A stretch of DNA of 64,000 nt from an uncultured delta proteobacterium (GCA_963789265.1 CAWBKB010000001.1:640001-704000), one strand, 5' to 3'; positions 50,401 to 61,921 are shown, counted from the first letter of the stretch. Program-made: numbers and translations. Notes: generated by a model from the letters alone, not told the origin.

Positions 50401-53400
50401 ACCCTTCATCCGAAGGCACAGGTAGCAGGGTGGGCCGAGGAATGCCTGCCTGTTCCCCTGCTCGCGGCAATCGAGGCGGAGGCAGGGAATCTACCTCAAG
50501 ACCCGGAAAGACAGTGGCCAGCGCAGCGTCGAGTTCCCCTTCACTGTAATCACGGTTGTGCTCGCGACGAACGGCGTCCAGGAGAGCCGGCTTAACGTAA
50601 TGACCGAAGCTGTGCCTGACAAAGTCCCTAATTTGGCTAAGCACAACCGAGTCCGTTTCCTCAAGATCCTTTGCCATTGTGCTAAGTGCAGGTGCGGCAA
50701 CCTTTTGAGACTCGAACACGGCCTGCGCGGTACCCCGAGCCGAATCCGAAATCCTCAAGGTTCTATATCTTGCACCCACTGAAAGATGCCCCTCGGCGAA
50801 GAGTTGTGCGAGGGCTGTCCTGTAAGCGCGGTTTTCATTCTCGCGGAAACAGGTATCAATGCAGTCAGCCTCTTCCAAAGTATCCAGGATGAGACCTTTG
50901 AGAAACGCTTCCGGGTCCCACCTCCACAAACAGCCGGATACCGTAGTCATCCCGAAGCGTCCTGACGTTTTGCATCCAGTAAACCGGCGACTCCAGGTGA
51001 GCCAACAGGATCTTCTTGATATCGGAATTATCGGCGGGGAAGGGCTGCCTGGTGGTATTGGAAATTACCGGTATTTGCGGTGGATGGAAGTCTATGCTCC
51101 CCATGAACTCTTCCAATTCGTCACGGACGCATTGCATAGTCGGCGAATGGAAGGCCATGCTGACACGAAGGAAGGTTAGACGGTATCCCTCTTTCTTCAG
51201 TTGCTCGCCAAGGGCTCTCACCGCCTGGGTATTTCCTCCCAGGACCACCTGGCGGGGCGAATTTACGTTCGTGATATAGACGTTGTCGATTTTGCCGACC
51301 GTGTCTTCAAGGTACTCCAGAGGTGCATCCACGGCCATCATTACGCCGGGATCCGTCTGCATACCGCCGGCCTTGTCCATGCACTCGGCCCGCTTGTTCA
51401 CAAGACGGAATCCGTCCTCGAATGAATAAACACCGGCGAGACACAGAGCAGTCCCTTGCCCCAGACTGTGGCCGGCCAGCGCGGCAGGCCGAACTCCCAG
51501 GGAAACCAGGTACTGTACCAGTGCATACTCCATAGTAAACAGAGAAGGTTGCTGCCAACGTGTGTTTCGAAGGTCCTCTTCGGATCCGCGAAACATGATA
51601 CCTAGAAGGTCAAATTCTGCCACCTGAGCCGCACGGTCCATCCATTCACGGATCACTGGAAAAGTCTGATACAAGTCGCGACCCATGCCCTGATACTGCG
51701 AACCCTGCCCCGGAAACACAAAGGCGAGTGGCAAAGGAGACGCTCTCTCTTCTCCCAGGTACACGCCGGTCTTTGCCAATGTCCTGAGTTCTCTGGAAGA
51801 AATGACACCACCATGTGGCGGGCTTTCCGCCTTCTCAATCAGGGAAACGGCTTCAGTTTCGGTATTCGCGACCACACCGACGCGATAAGATCCGGCGCCA
51901 ATCTTGGTTCTGAAGAAGTGGACTCCACCCGGCAACGGCACTGCTGCGCTTCTTTCAGGACGTGGTTCACCCGTGCCGGCGGAAGAAATCAGGGTAACAT
52001 CCGCGGAATCAGCGACTTTCTCCAGTTGGACTATGTAATTGGGGCCGCCAAAGCCGAACGCGTTAATTTGAAGCCGCCTGGCCAGCCCGTCCTTGAGTTT
52101 CCAATCGGAGGGCTCGGCGATAACAGTGAAGCCTGAGTGCTCAAGATTAATAGCGGGATCCGGATTTTCGTAGTTCAGGGTAGGAGGGAAAATCCCTGCG
52201 TTCATCGCCATGATCCCGTGAATGAGACCGTTAACGCCGGACGCACCCAACGTATGGCCTATCTGTGACTTGAATGACGTGAGGACTGTCCGTCTGCCCG
52301 TGTTGAAGAACCGGTGCAGGGCCATGACTTCTTCCACATCACCCTGCAATGTGCCTGTAGCATGGCACTCCACAACCTCCACCTCATCGGGCCCATAGGA
52401 AGCATCATCAAAAGACGCAGCTATAGCCATCTCCTGGGTGACTCTGGAAGACTCAACCATGCCGAAGTTGTTGCTGCTGGCCCCCATTCCGCTAATACAA
52501 GCGTGTACCTTTGCCCCGCGTTTGCGGGCCGTCGATTCTCGTTCGATCACGATCACGCCGCCACCTTCACCCAGGACCATACCGTCCCTTTCAGCGTCGA
52601 ACGGCCGGCTGGCCTGATGGGGCAGCCTCTCAATGCCTGAAACACCTGCCAGCGCACGGAGTGCGGAGAAATGTAGAAAGTGGAACGGAGTTAGAGGCTC
52701 CTCGGCCCCCCCCACAACTGCCGCGTCAATTATGCCGTTGCGGATCATCTGGTAAGCGTTAAAAATAGCAACCAGGGCAGTGGCACACGCAGCAGTAACG
52801 GCAAAACTCGGCCCCTGAAATCCGTATTTATTACAAATGAATCCTGCCGCCGCTGAATTCAGACGGCCCATAAGAGATGTATCGTCAATGGCTGTTCGTC
52901 CGCTTCTGATAGCCTCTTCGGCCGCCTTGCGCACTTCAGGCGTCATAGAGACGACTGTCTGCACCGATTCGACGATTTCCGTGGCCGCGGCCCGGATAAG
53001 TGAATTCGTCAGGGTGGACGCCGCTTCTGCTGCATTTTGGGCAATAAGAACCGCGACTCGGTGGCGCGGTATTCCCGACCGAAGGATTCCCGATGCCTCA
53101 ATGGCTCTTTGCGCCAGCCACTGCGTAATCTTAGTGGACTCGGCCATAGTGTGAAAATCTTGGGGAGATATGCCCAGTTCCTTTCGGGAGATCTCGATGT
53201 TATGGAACGCGGCCATATTGCAGTAGGTTTTTTCAGAAACCCCGGGGCGGGGATCGTAATACAGCTCATGATTCCATTTCGACGGCGGAATACACACCAC
53301 ACCGCTTTTCAGGGCGATGGAGTTGGCCCAGACTTCTTCGGGGCTTTTCCCCAGGGAGTTGATGACGCTCATTCCGGTAATGGCAACTCGCTCTCGGTCC

Positions 53401-55548
53401 GGCGAATGGTAAACCGGTCTCCGTGTCTCCGTGCCGGCAACGAACGGCACCTCTCGATCTGCGGCGCCTCGTATCGTTGTGAATTCACGAATTGGTCCCC
53501 GGAAAGGTATTCCCTGTGGAAAATCTGCCTCAGCCAGTTCAAAATGAAGTTGAGCCAGGGTGCGTACCTCCGACAGCACCCCCGCGCAAGCGCCGCTCAT
53601 GAACTGTCCTTGTTCTGTGCAAATCTGCTCATCGAGCCAAGACCCATCTGACTTGTCGAGTCCCCGGGCCGCAATGAAGAGGCTGCCTGAGCTTAGCTGC
53701 TCGATGTCTCTCCGAAAAGAGGATTCATCTCCCGATCCTGCCTCAAAATCACGTTCCCGGCTGCAAATCGTCTCGGTCTTCTTTGTCCGCAGAGATCGCA
53801 CCCGAAGCCCGGTTCCTTCGCCGGTCACCACCGTAGACCCTGGTTGTGCTTCCAGCACCATGCGCTGATATAGAGGCGTCAGAGCACCTGTTGTCACAAT
53901 TTCACCGGTGGTGAGGTAGCAAGTTCCCGCTTGGATCGCGTCTGCCCCCAGCATCGCGGCCAAGAGTGCAGTCTCACGATCGCAGATGCCGCCTGCAAGA
54001 ATCACCCTTCGATCGTCAAAGAGACCCGGATCGCGATTTTTCCAATCCAGTACGATCTGAGCCAGTGTCAGGGTCGAATATTCTCCTATGTGCCCCCCCG
54101 CTTCATTTCCCTCGCAAACCACGTACCTGACGCCGGCACTGAAAGCCAGCTCAATGAGTTTCTCGTTCGGTGCGACATAGATTACTTCTATGCCGTTTTC
54201 CAGCAGTCGCCGGGCATGGGAGGGATCGCCTGCGGCAACTACGGCAAATTTGGGTCTTTCGCAAAGAATCCATTCCATCTCCGCGTTCAGGTGCGGATTT
54301 TCGTCCAATGCGATCACATTCACAGCGAAGGGTCTGTCCCCCATGGTCTCGCGCAGATTACTCAGCTTATCTTCCAGCAACGATCTCGGCATTGATCCCA
54401 GGGCGATGGTGGGCAAACCGCCGGCCTCGGACACCTTCAAGGCAAATTGAGGTGAATCGGTAATCCAAGACATGGCTCCTTGAATCAACGCATACTTGGT
54501 ACCCATATCGCGGGCAACCCGGCTGTTTGTGAATATCTTTTCCTTTGCCGGAGCGAGTTTGCACAGTTGTTCGATTTCTCCGAGAAAACCGTCTATGGCC
54601 TGTTCACTGGAAGTGCCAAATCGCCTGACGAAGGATTGCGCAAAAGCTGCCTCGACGCCCAGTGGGATGATTTCTTCTCTCGAAAAACTGCTTTGCAACG
54701 GGTACACGCTATTTTGCTGGATTCTCTCGGCTAAGCGGCGGCGATCTTCATCTCGGATTTCTTGTCCGCACAAGGAATTCGCATATACTCTCATGGCCTT
54801 CACCGCGAGAGAATTGCCCTTGTTAAAAAGGCGGCAAGGCACATCGAAGTTTAGCGCCACACGATCGGTATGTTCGGGACGGAGGGCCGATATCTTGTCC
54901 CGTATCATCTGATCGACCGAGCAGAGATCGGTGAGCCAGTGGAGGCTTTCGAAAACAATGCCCTTGCATCCTACGGTCAGAAAGGCCGCTGCGGCTTCAG
55001 GGGTTGCCACGCCTCCCCACACGAGCAAATTTCTGGGCTCACCGTGGGTCCTGACCATGTGGCGTACAGCGGAGAAAAGGGTAAAAATGGTTTCGCTGCT
55101 GACGAACCCTGCGGCTTCCGAGCCCTTAACTACTATGTTCCGAAGGTTGGGATACTCGTGAACGACGAGACCGATAAGATCCAGGTCGCCCACTATCGGA
55201 TAGCAATTCAACCGTGTGGACAATTGTACCTAGTAGATCCAGATAGTTATTGGCATGGCGACGAAGAAGCACGGGATTCAATTCAACCCACAGGCTTTCA
55301 ACCCCTGCTCTTTGAAGAAAATCTCCGAGCCTGGCGTCGGTGAGCCACTCAGGTGAAATCTTCACGTGTGCCGCGCCGGCCAAGTCGGCGGGCCTCAGCA
55401 TTGCCTCAACTCCCCACTCCGGATCGGATGAGGTCAAGTCGAGAATGGCTCTGCTCCCGACCTTGTGAGATGTTTCCAGGACTGCGGGTATCCGGTCCTC
55501 CGGACGCCACACAAATGCAATCAAAGGATATTCGTTGCCGGCAGACAT
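47441..55548 (-). CDS. Single-chain type I PKS/FAS: tandem FabK/NMO-like barrels, KS, AT, ACP, KR, DH (~2,700 aa; extra bases at ~55225 and ~50905)
   Basis: Reductase motifs IQGAMSWIT, EGNEAGGH and AGGICD; KS TAACATA, ECHATGT and KSQIGH; AT FPGQGSQ, GHSLG and SMAFHS; ACP DLKEDLSIRSSRL; KR GGAGGIT, HGAGILKD and YAAGN; DH LEDHKPF and LLEALMQ. The 8,108 nt minus 2 bases give 2,702 codons. Confidence 0.88.
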
Positions 55549-55577
55549 ATCCGTTGCACCAACGCCAACAGGCGACA

Positions 55578-55695
55578 GGATCAGGTCTTGTTTCTTGCAG
55601 CATGGAGATCGCGGCTCATGTGGGACTCCATCATTCCAATGTGAGTAGGACTGTACAGGGCGAGAGGAAAAAGGCAAGAAACAAGAGGTGACCCC
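55578..55695 (+). mobile_element. ~118-bp mini-element, Y1/RAYT-transposase-derived (copy 3)
   Basis: GGATCAGGTCTTGTTTCTTGC ... GCAAGAAACAAGAGGTGACCCC inverted ends; interior MEIAAHVGLHHSNVSRTV. Confidence 0.7.
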
Positions 55696-55733
55696 TTGCT
55701 CTCGGTTGAGAGCAAGGGAGTGATAGCCGCAAC

Positions 55734-56162
55734 CTATCCCCTCTTAACCGCACCGACTTTCAGCCTGATTCCTCCGTATCCCGAACAATCCACGCCCACG
55801 TCAAGGCACCGAACTTGGTGCATGAAATGGAATTCTTGGGGGTCAAGGCTCTCGCTAAGCCTCTCGTTAATGAGCGCGACGGGCACGGCCAACTGAGATA
55901 CAGCGTACACGCACATTTTTTTCGGACACAATTTCGTGATAAAATTGCCGTCCACGTCAAGGACGAACTTGTCGCCGACCTTGTACCCGGAATTGCAGTG
56001 CCTGGATTCCACCACTTCAGCTTCGATGGTGTACGCCGCGAAAGCAGCGGCCATTCTTTCCATGTGACGCACCCACGGGTCGTTGTCCCTAAATTTTTCC
56101 AGATCGGACTCGCTGTATCCGACGCGATCGCCGAATTTCTTGAGTATCTCTCTTGCTGACAT
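55734..56162 (-). CDS. Cys-rich hypothetical protein (TIGR04076-like)
   Basis: HCNSGYKVGDKF, CPKKMC and CLDVGVDC motifs; GGAGG RBS. Confidence 0.7.
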   Translation of the reverse strand: MSAREILKKFGDRVGYSESDLEKFRDNDPWVRHMERMAAAFAAYTIEAEVVESRHCNSGYKVGDKFVLDVDGNFITKLCPKKMCVYAVSQLAVPVALINERLSESLDPQEFHFMHQVRCLDVGVDCSGYGGIRLKVGAVKRG

Positions 56163-56411
56163 AGGTACCTCCCAGGTATAAATCGGGCAGTGTTTATGTT
56201 TTAGAACACATCTTGGGGTCACCCATTAACTTGACCCCTTACACTTGAAAAATCAACAAGCTCCGTGGGGTCTCGGGTCTCATGGCCGCATCTTGATTTA
56301 TCGACCGCCAAACACTTACTTTTTCACGCTGTTCAGACTTGTCACCGATTCTTGGAAGTGCTACATGAATTGCGGTTCATCACCCCGCCGAAACTTGAAC
56401 TGGAGCCTGCA

Positions 56412-57731
56412 TTGCGAGCGTCCGATACAAACGAGATCACGTTGAACCTCAGGGCTGACCCCGTTTTCTTGCCGGTGGTCACCTCTTTTGTGCAAGAAGG
56501 GACTAGAGCGTTCGGCCTGGGGGAGCCGGAAGCATTGGCACTGACCTTAGCCGCGGAAGAGATTTTCGCTTATCTTTGCCACGTCGCCGCACCGGGCCGA
56601 GAGGTCCAAATCCGATGTCGATCCTGCGGATATTACGTGGACCAGGAATTTCTTTTCCAGGCGCGGGATTTCAACATGAGGGCCTTCAATCTCACTGCTT
56701 CAGCATCTTTCGATGACGAGGCGAGCCAACAAGAGACAGGACTCTTGATAGCGTCACGCATGGTCGATCGCTTTCAGTTCTTCCAGGAAGAGGCCGGTCT
56801 AAGACTAATTCTAACCAAAGAGAAGACTTATCCTTCGCTATCCGATCTGCCTATTCCCGAATCCGAACCATTGCCGGTATTCTTCGTCAGGCCCCCTGAC
56901 TCTGAAGAGCTGAAGAGTTTTGTCCGCATGGTGAACGGCCATTATCCCGTGCACATAATCCCTGCGAGCTTGACTCTTCCCGGAAAGGTCGTAGACATGA
57001 CAGCGTGCGGAGAGCTGCATGCCGCAGTAGCGGTGGACAAGGTCGGCCACATCGGGGGAGGAATTGCCTGGCGCCGGGAAGGGACGCAATTGGTCGAATT
57101 CTACGGCCCATACGTGTTCAACCAACTTGCAGATTCGGATATGGCACAGGTTTTGACCGATCACTGCATCGCGGCGGTAGCCAGGGGAAATGTCGGCGGG
57201 CTGATCAATCGCTACCCGACTCCGGACCTGCCTGTGGCCTATTTTGAATCGCTGGGATCTCTCACGCTTCGCCAAAGAAATGGCACGTCGCGGGAAACCG
57301 TTGCCTTTTACCGTCATCTCGAAGAGGATCTGGGTCTATCTGTGTGGTCACATTCTTCGCTCGACGCGTTTCTGAAGGAACAATACCAGAGGCTGGTCTT
57401 TGCAAGAGAAATCAGGCCCCTGACGGAAGCGGGTGAATCCTCTTCGCCGTTCTCGGTAATTTCTGCGCAATTCGATCGTGTTTCGGACCGCGTAACATTG
57501 CACCCTATCTGGTGGGGACAGAATGCGGATGAGATCGTGGCAGCTTATGTGGGGACGCTTTTGAAAGAGGAACTCCCGAATATCTTCTTTCACATGGATT
57601 TGGGCAGACCCTGGCACTGCTACTTCACTCCGGCACTCCTTAAGTGTGGCTTCGGTCCCCGTCTGCTGCTCCCTTACGCGGGTAAAGGCGATCTGGTTGT
57701 TTTCCAGCACAAGCTGGGTGGCCGGTCCTGA
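56412..57731 (+). CDS. Hypothetical protein with an N-terminal RsbW-like HATPase-fold domain and a GNAT-like middle region
   Basis: LTLAAEEIFAY (N-box-like) and TGLLIASRMVDRF..LTKEK; GGAG RBS before the TTG at 56412. The stop overlaps the next gene. Confidence 0.7.
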   Translation: MRASDTNEITLNLRADPVFLPVVTSFVQEGTRAFGLGEPEALALTLAAEEIFAYLCHVAAPGREVQIRCRSCGYYVDQEFLFQARDFNMRAFNLTASASFDDEASQQETGLLIASRMVDRFQFFQEEAGLRLILTKEKTYPSLSDLPIPESEPLPVFFVRPPDSEELKSFVRMVNGHYPVHIIPASLTLPGKVVDMTACGELHAAVAVDKVGHIGGGIAWRREGTQLVEFYGPYVFNQLADSDMAQVLTDHCIAAVARGNVGGLINRYPTPDLPVAYFESLGSLTLRQRNGTSRETVAFYRHLEEDLGLSVWSHSSLDAFLKEQYQRLVFAREIRPLTEAGESSSPFSVISAQFDRVSDRVTLHPIWWGQNADEIVAAYVGTLLKEELPNIFFHMDLGRPWHCYFTPALLKCGFGPRLLLPYAGKGDLVVFQHKLGGRS

Positions 57732-58836
57732 TGAGTAGATGGTCGCCGGAAAAGCTGCTGCCGGACTATATCAAGCGCTTCGAGGCTTATGTCCCGAGCA
57801 AACCGGACGCAGAGCTAATCAAGCTCTTCGGTTGCTCACGACTTTACCGGCTAAACAATAACGAAAACCCGTTGGGGCCTCCCCCAGCGGCTAAGAAGTA
57901 CTCCAAACCTTTCCGCCGCCCAAAGCTGCTGTTTACCCGAGCGGGGACGCATTCTATCTTCGTCGGAAGCTCGCTGCGAAGTTCAACAAGGAGCCGGGTC
58001 AGTTTCTGGTGGGCAACGGCGCCAATGAGGTAATTAGCTTCGTCATCAAGGCATTCTGCGAGAAAGACGACAACATCGTAACCGCAGACAAGACCTTTGC
58101 CGTTTATGAATGGGTTGCCGAGTTTTCAGGTTTCGAGGCGAGACTGGTTCCGCTCAGAGATTACGCATTCGATGAACAGAGCATGCTTGACCGCATTGAC
58201 CACCGAACCAAAATTCTATTCCTGTGCAATCCGAACAATCCGACCGGGACTTACTGGAGCACCGAAAAGCTCCGACATTTCCTGGATGCAATAGACGGCC
58301 GCCAAGTGGTCGTGGTGGACGAGGCATACTGCGAGTTCGTTGAAGCGGACGATTATCCGGATGGAATGTCCCTCATTGAGGAATACCCCAATCTGGTCAT
58401 CTTCCGGACCTTCTCAAAGATGTACGGACTCGCGGGGCTACGCATCGGATATTGTGCCGGCCAATTGCCGCTGATAGACCTGATTCGGCGCACCTGCATC
58501 GTGTATTCAGTAAATGTCATGGCTCAAGAAGCGGCGCTCGCAGCGGTTACCGAAGATGACCACATCATCAGCACGCGGCAGATGGTCCGAGAAGGAAAGG
58601 CGTTTTTGACAAAAGAACTTTCAAGATTGAAGTTGCCTTTCATCTGCGGCGAAGGCAACTTCGTGATGGTCAAACTTCCCATGAGCGACACCCTTGCTTA
58701 CCGCAAGCTCATGACTCAAGGAGTGATGGTGCGCACGATGACCGGCTTCCGTTTTCCTAATCACATCAGGATAACGGTCTCCCATATTGAGGCGATGGAG
58801 GCACTTGTCGGAGCCCTGGGGAAGATCCTGCTGTAG
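57731..58836 (+). CDS. hisC: Histidinol-phosphate transaminase-like PLP aminotransferase; one base missing at ~57895
   Basis: LNNNENPLGP, GNGANE, CNPNNPTG, VDEAY and RTFSKMYGLAGLRIGY. No other his genes are nearby, so this may be a paralogue. Confidence 0.8.
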
Positions 58837-58902
58837 CAGGCGGAGCAAAGGGAATAATTTGCGGCAGAATACCGTTGCCAAAGAACCGGCATATGACACC
58901 AA

Positions 58903-59038
58903 TGTCATTGCGAGGAGTGAATGGTGGGACAGGCTTCTAGCCTGTCTATTAGGGATGACGGGCAAGATGCCCGTCCTACCGGCAATTTATGCTCACCCGG
59001 ATGAGAGATTGCCACGGGCTTGCGCCCTCGCAATGACA
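58903..59038. repeat. Composite nested repeat (second copy of 39489-39621)
   Basis: TGTCATTGCGAGGAGTGAA[GTGGGACAGGCTTCTAGCCTGTC..GACGGGCAAGATGCCCGTCCTAC]CGGCAAT..CTCGCAATGACA. Confidence 0.75.
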
Positions 59039-59084
59039 GTCAGGTTTCTACGTTAAGCGAATAGTTCTGATAAGTAATTCATTC

Positions 59085-61451
59085 ATGAAAAAACTGGACA
59101 ATATTCCTAAATTCGCGGTCTCGAACAGCGGCCAACACACGCCCGACCAACCACTGAGCATCGGGGCTGCGGCCCCGCGCATTGATGCGTACGAAAAAGT
59201 CACAGGCAAAACCAGGTTTGCTACGGATTACTACAGCGAAAACATGCTTTGGGCCGGTGTAAAACGAGCCGGAATCCCCCATGCCCGACTGAAAGCCGTC
59301 AACACGAGCCTGGCCGAGAAACACGGTGGGGTGATTCATGTGCTGACTCACAAAAATGTTGCCGGCACAAACAGGCAAGGAGTGATCCGAAAAGACCAGC
59401 CAGTGCTCGTCGATGACAAGGCCCGGCATTGCGGCGATGCAATAGCGCTGGTTTTGGCCGAGGATAAGAAAGCTTTGAAAGAGGCAATTGATCTCATTGC
59501 ATGTGATTTCGAACCCCTGCCGGCAGTTTCCGACGTGGAAAAGGCACTGGAAGCGGAGTCACCACTGGTGCACCAGGACAACGCCGACGGCAATGTCCTT
59601 CTGCAAGGTGCGTTGAATGTCGGGGCCGGGGAAGCGGCGGAAAAGGAATGCGATATTCTCTTGGAAGCCTGCTTCGAGACACCGCGGCAAGAGCATGCGT
59701 ACCTCGAGACCGAGGCAGGTTGGGCCCAGTTGGATGAGGACGACAGACTAACCATTGTTTGCTCGACACAAACTCCGTTTCGAGATCGCATGGAAGTCGC
59801 GGAAGCACTGGGAATAGATCCCGCGAGGATTCGAATAATCGCACCGTATGTAGGCGGCGCCTTTGGAGGCAAGGATGGAGTGACCGTGCAAAGCCTTCTG
59901 GGCCTCGCGGCTCTTCATTCCCAGGGGAGACCCGTCAAAATGTGGTGGGGCCGCGAAGAATCATTCCTCGCGGGGACGAAGCGTCACGCAGCTCGGATGT
60001 ACTACCGCATCGGAGCTAAGAAAGACGGCTCGCTACACTATTTAAATGCCAAATTGTACTTCGATACAGGCCCTTACGATCATCTCGGCGGCGTCGTAAT
60101 GACGCTCGGACTCGAACACTGCGGCGGACCTTATCGTATCCCGAACGCGGTTTTGCGGTCATGGAGTGTTTACACAAACAATCCCATCGGAGGGGCCTTC
60201 CGGGGATTCGGAGTTACCCAGGTGACGGCCGCCATCGAGCAGATGATGGACATGGCGGCTCAAGAGCTGAACATGGACCCCGTCGAGCTTCGCCTGAAGA
60301 ATGCAGTGAAAAGAGGAGACAAGAATTGCGTGGGCAAGACTCTCGTCTGCTCCACCGGCCTGGTTGATTGTCTCGAAGCGGTCGCTAAACATCCACTCTG
60401 GCGGCAAGGCAAGTCCTGGAAATCAGCGGCAGGTATGTTCAAACATCGCGGGGTCGGGATTGCGGCAGTCATGCAAGCATCCGGGTACGGACCGGTTGTT
60501 CCGGACACGGCCAACGCCAAGATTGAACTAACGGAAGAAGGCAAATTTAAAATTTACTGCGGAGTAGTGGACATGGGGCAGGGAAACGCTTCTGCCAACG
60601 TGCAGATAGCGGGAAGCATCCTGGGGCAGGAGGCCGGGCGGATGGAAGTTGTCCTTCCCGACACGGATCGGACTCTGCCCAGCGGGTCTGCCTCTGCCAG
60701 CCGATGCACCTACACTTTCGGCAACGCTCTGATCGGCGCCGCAGAAATTCTTAGAGGCCGCATCCTGCAGCGGGCCGCGGATCTTTTCATGGCTTCGGGC
60801 GAGGAACAAATGGCACTCGTTCCGGGCGCCGTGAGATTTCTTACTAAGGGCCGAGAGATCTCCCTCTCCAAAATGGCTCAATTGCTCAACGAGGGAGAAC
60901 GGGTCGCCACATTCCGATTCAGGGCGCCGATTGCGGGCGATACTGTGACCTCGGATGAGAACCTCAGGCTTCACGGTCTGCCCCACACTCTCTTCTCCTA
61001 CGGCGCACACGCGGCTTGTGTCGAGGTTGACGAGCTTACGGGGACAGTGGACGTGAAAAGTTACTTGGCGGTCAGCGACTGCGGCAAGATCATGAACCCA
61101 CAAATCTACCAGCAGCAGGTTCACGGCGGGATAGCTCAAGGGCTGGGATATGCGCTCTCCGAGGAGTTCACGGTGACTGACGGGAAGGCTACCAGCCGCG
61201 ATTTTTCCACTTACATCTTGCCAACTGCCGCTGACGTTCCGGAGATAGAATCGGTTGCGGTCGAGCTTTATGAGCCGACGGGGCCTTTCGGACTCAAAGG
61301 AGTGGGAGAAGTCTCCACCAACGGCCCGCTGCCGGCCATTGCCAATGCTGTGGCCGACGCCTGCAACATACGGGTGCTCCGGTCACCGCTTACAGCAGAG
61401 CGAATCCTAAGAGCCGTTCGCGAAAAGGAAGGGAAGGGGCCTGCAAATTGA
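59085..61451 (+). CDS. Xanthine dehydrogenase / aldehyde oxidoreductase family molybdopterin-binding subunit
   Basis: HAYLETE, VGGAFGGK, AFRGFGVTQ, DMGQG, SASR, GGIAQGLG and GLKGVGE. Confidence 0.95.
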   Translation: MKKLDNIPKFAVSNSGQHTPDQPLSIGAAAPRIDAYEKVTGKTRFATDYYSENMLWAGVKRAGIPHARLKAVNTSLAEKHGGVIHVLTHKNVAGTNRQGVIRKDQPVLVDDKARHCGDAIALVLAEDKKALKEAIDLIACDFEPLPAVSDVEKALEAESPLVHQDNADGNVLLQGALNVGAGEAAEKECDILLEACFETPRQEHAYLETEAGWAQLDEDDRLTIVCSTQTPFRDRMEVAEALGIDPARIRIIAPYVGGAFGGKDGVTVQSLLGLAALHSQGRPVKMWWGREESFLAGTKRHAARMYYRIGAKKDGSLHYLNAKLYFDTGPYDHLGGVVMTLGLEHCGGPYRIPNAVLRSWSVYTNNPIGGAFRGFGVTQVTAAIEQMMDMAAQELNMDPVELRLKNAVKRGDKNCVGKTLVCSTGLVDCLEAVAKHPLWRQGKSWKSAAGMFKHRGVGIAAVMQASGYGPVVPDTANAKIELTEEGKFKIYCGVVDMGQGNASANVQIAGSILGQEAGRMEVVLPDTDRTLPSGSASASRCTYTFGNALIGAAEILRGRILQRAADLFMASGEEQMALVPGAVRFLTKGREISLSKMAQLLNEGERVATFRFRAPIAGDTVTSDENLRLHGLPHTLFSYGAHAACVEVDELTGTVDVKSYLAVSDCGKIMNPQIYQQQVHGGIAQGLGYALSEEFTVTDGKATSRDFSTYILPTAADVPEIESVAVELYEPTGPFGLKGVGEVSTNGPLPAIANAVADACNIRVLRSPLTAERILRAVREKEGKGPAN

Positions 61452-61921
61452 AGATCGCCTTTACTCTCAACGGGAAAGAGACGCATCTGGATGTTCCCGC
61501 TGACCGTCGTGTCCTGGACGTACTCCGAGAAGATCTCGGCCTGACAGGCACGAAAGAGTCGTGTTCCGCAGGGGATTGTGGAGCTTGCACGATTCTTGTG
61601 AACGGCGAGAGCAAGCTTTCCTGCCTTATGCTTGCCGCGCAGCTTGAAGGCCGCGAGGTCACTACCATAGAAGGGCTTGCCCAAGACGATTCCTTGCACC
61701 CTGTCCAGCATGCATTTGCCGAGCACGGGGCTGTCCAATGCGGTTTTTGCGTCCCGGGCATGGTCATGGCCTCGGCAGATTTGCTCCAGCGCAACCCCAA
61801 CCCCTCGAGAGACGAAATCAGAGAAGGTTTGGCCGGCAATCTTTGCAGGTGCACCGGGTACCAGAAGATTGTGGACGCTGTTGAGGCGGCCGCAGTTGCG
61901 CTCAGGGAAAAGGAAGAGTGA
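61448..61921 (+). CDS. Molybdenum hydroxylase 2x[2Fe-2S] subunit
   Basis: CSAGDCGAC..C, QCGFC and NLCRCTGY. Confidence 0.95.
   Translation: MKIAFTLNGKETHLDVPADRRVLDVLREDLGLTGTKESCSAGDCGACTILVNGESKLSCLMLAAQLEGREVTTIEGLAQDDSLHPVQHAFAEHGAVQCGFCVPGMVMASADLLQRNPNPSRDEIREGLAGNLCRCTGYQKIVDAVEAAAVALREKEE

Noticed and set aside
56265..56411. 5' extension of the 488-aa ORF
   Set aside because: It lies in the divergent intergenic region; a TTG with a GGAG RBS at 56412 fits the domain start better.
4790..57895. Frameshifts in pspA-like (~4790), AAA (~5566), hpt (~9156), metY (~14364), hybrid kinase (~18528), SDR (~29320), PKS (~50905, ~55225) and hisC-like (~57895) read as programmed frameshifting or pseudogenisation
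   Set aside because: Each is a lone single-base indel in an otherwise intact gene, including housekeeping genes, with no shared slippery motif. Uncorrected sequencing error is the simplest explanation; read mapping would settle it.
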